The notes under the pieces were generated by a model. It saw only the letters and a list, made by a program, of their open reading frames with translations, was not told the DNA's origin and did not search any database. A program made the position numbers and the translations under genes. From Halodesulfurarchaeum sp. (GTDB taxonomy: Archaea > Halobacteriota > Halobacteria > Halobacteriales > Halobacteriaceae), in NCBI GenBank assembly GCA_034520565.1, contig JAXHNL010000002.1, positions 1,056,001 to 1,120,000 on the forward strand: 64,000 bases of DNA, read 5' to 3'. This document shows, in pieces, positions 62,928 through 64,000 of the stretch. Each line of letters starts with the position of its first letter. Position 1 is the first letter of the stretch.

Positions 62928-63001
62928 GGTAGCGATATGGCTGAGTTGTCTCTATCCTTCACTAAAACCCTATGGGTTGGTTTTTCAATATTGATAACTC
63001 C

Positions 63002-63406
63002 TGGGACCGATTCGAACGGGTTATGCTGTGACTGTCGCGCAGTTACTCGCAAGCGTCTCGCTTGATTCGCGGTTTCACCGCTCATCTTTTCCGAGACGCT
63101 TAACCCGCGAGCGTCTCGCTGCTCACGGGACCGGATTCGAACCGGAGGAAATCTCCCTTCGGTCATTTCCAGGGCTCGAATCCGGTGACGATTTACGATC
63201 GCGATCTCATCGCAGCGACACAGCAAGCTGGTCGCTGCGAAGTGAGAGTCGCTGAAAATGCGTGGGACCGGATTCGAACTTCTGTCACTTCGCTCCCGGT
63301 GGTCGCTTCGTTCCAACGTTCGAATCCGGTGACCGCATCCACACCGTCCATCACACGTCTCGCCCCACAGCAAGCTGGGGGCTCGACGGTGTGAGTGAAA
63401 GCGGAA
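63002..63406 (-). repeat. Tandem array of three 124-148 bp ORF-less units, each ending in a copy of the tRNA-Leu 3' end
   Basis: (tgcgt)gggaccggattcgaac on the plus strand at 63407-27 (the tRNA), 63259-79, 63127-42 and, degenerate, 63003-17. Confidence 0.85.
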
Positions 63407-63491
<85 letters not shown>

Positions 63492-63577
63492 GAAACGGAC
63501 GCAGCCGAGGATTGCCACCCGCCAAGTAAAAGCCCTTCTATTCGCCCGCTTTTGGGGTAAAATCTCCCGGCCGTCTC

Positions 63578-64000
63578 CTACTCGAGGACCGGGGCCGTGA
63601 CGTCCCGATCGGTGTCCTCGCCCTCGATGTCGTAGGGGTACTCGCCCGTGACACAGCCCATGCAAAGGTCCTCCCGCTCGGTGTCGATGGCTGCTGCAAC
63701 GGCATCGGGTGAGAGGTAGGCCAGACTGTCGGCGCCGATGGCCTCCTCGACCGCCTCGACGTCCTGGCCCGCGGCGATCAACTCCTCGCGTGAGGCCATG
63801 TCGATGCCCATGTAACACGGCGCGGTGATCGGCGGCGCGCCGATTCGGACGTGGACGGACTCCGCACCTGCCTCCCGGAGGAGGTCCACGAGCTGGCGCG
63901 AGGTGGTTCCCCGAACGATGCTGTCGTCGATGAGCGTCACGGTGCGGTTCTCGACCGTGCTCCGGATCGGATTGAGCTTGAGCCTGACCGCGCGCTCGCG
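63578..64000 (-). CDS. purF: Amidophosphoribosyltransferase, C-terminal part (5' end outside the window)
   Basis: LIDDSIVRGTT PRPP motif, PCYMGIDM, ADSLAYLS, CMGCVTGEYP. Confidence 0.95.
   Translation of the reverse strand, partial: RERAVRLKLNPIRSTVENRTVTLIDDSIVRGTTSRQLVDLLREAGAESVHVRIGAPPITAPCYMGIDMASREELIAAGQDVEAVEEAIGADSLAYLSPDAVAAAIDTEREDLCMGCVTGEYPYDIEGEDTDRDVTAPVLE

Overview
A GC-rich haloarchaeal (Halobacteria) chromosomal segment with strongly acidic proteins, mostly housekeeping genes: maeB, rfcL, HMG-CoA synthase, gcvT-H-PA-PB, sucCD, cofD, rps17e, asd, hisD, rtcB-archease, priS-GINS, CDC48, panB, AlaX, MBF1, a chemotaxis transducer and partial purF. It also holds two tRNA genes (Val-CAC, Leu-GAG) and a double-hairpin H/ACA guide RNA. 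Many conserved genes carry single-base indels, so the sequence looks like an imperfectly polished long-read consensus and single-base claims need read-level checks. The most notable signal is non-coding. Both tRNA genes are followed by ORF-less 124-148 bp units, each bounded by a duplicate of the tRNA T-loop-to-3'-end. There is one unit at tRNA-Val and a tandem array of three at tRNA-Leu. One unit is about 91% identical between the two loci and carries an internal antisense copy of the T-arm that co-varies with the host tRNA. A second palindromic element rich in C-TTC-G/C-GAA-G triloop hairpins lies downstream of the tRNA-Val locus and of the H/ACA RNA. A pilin-like surface protein gene has an AT-rich, apparently swapped C-terminal two-thirds.
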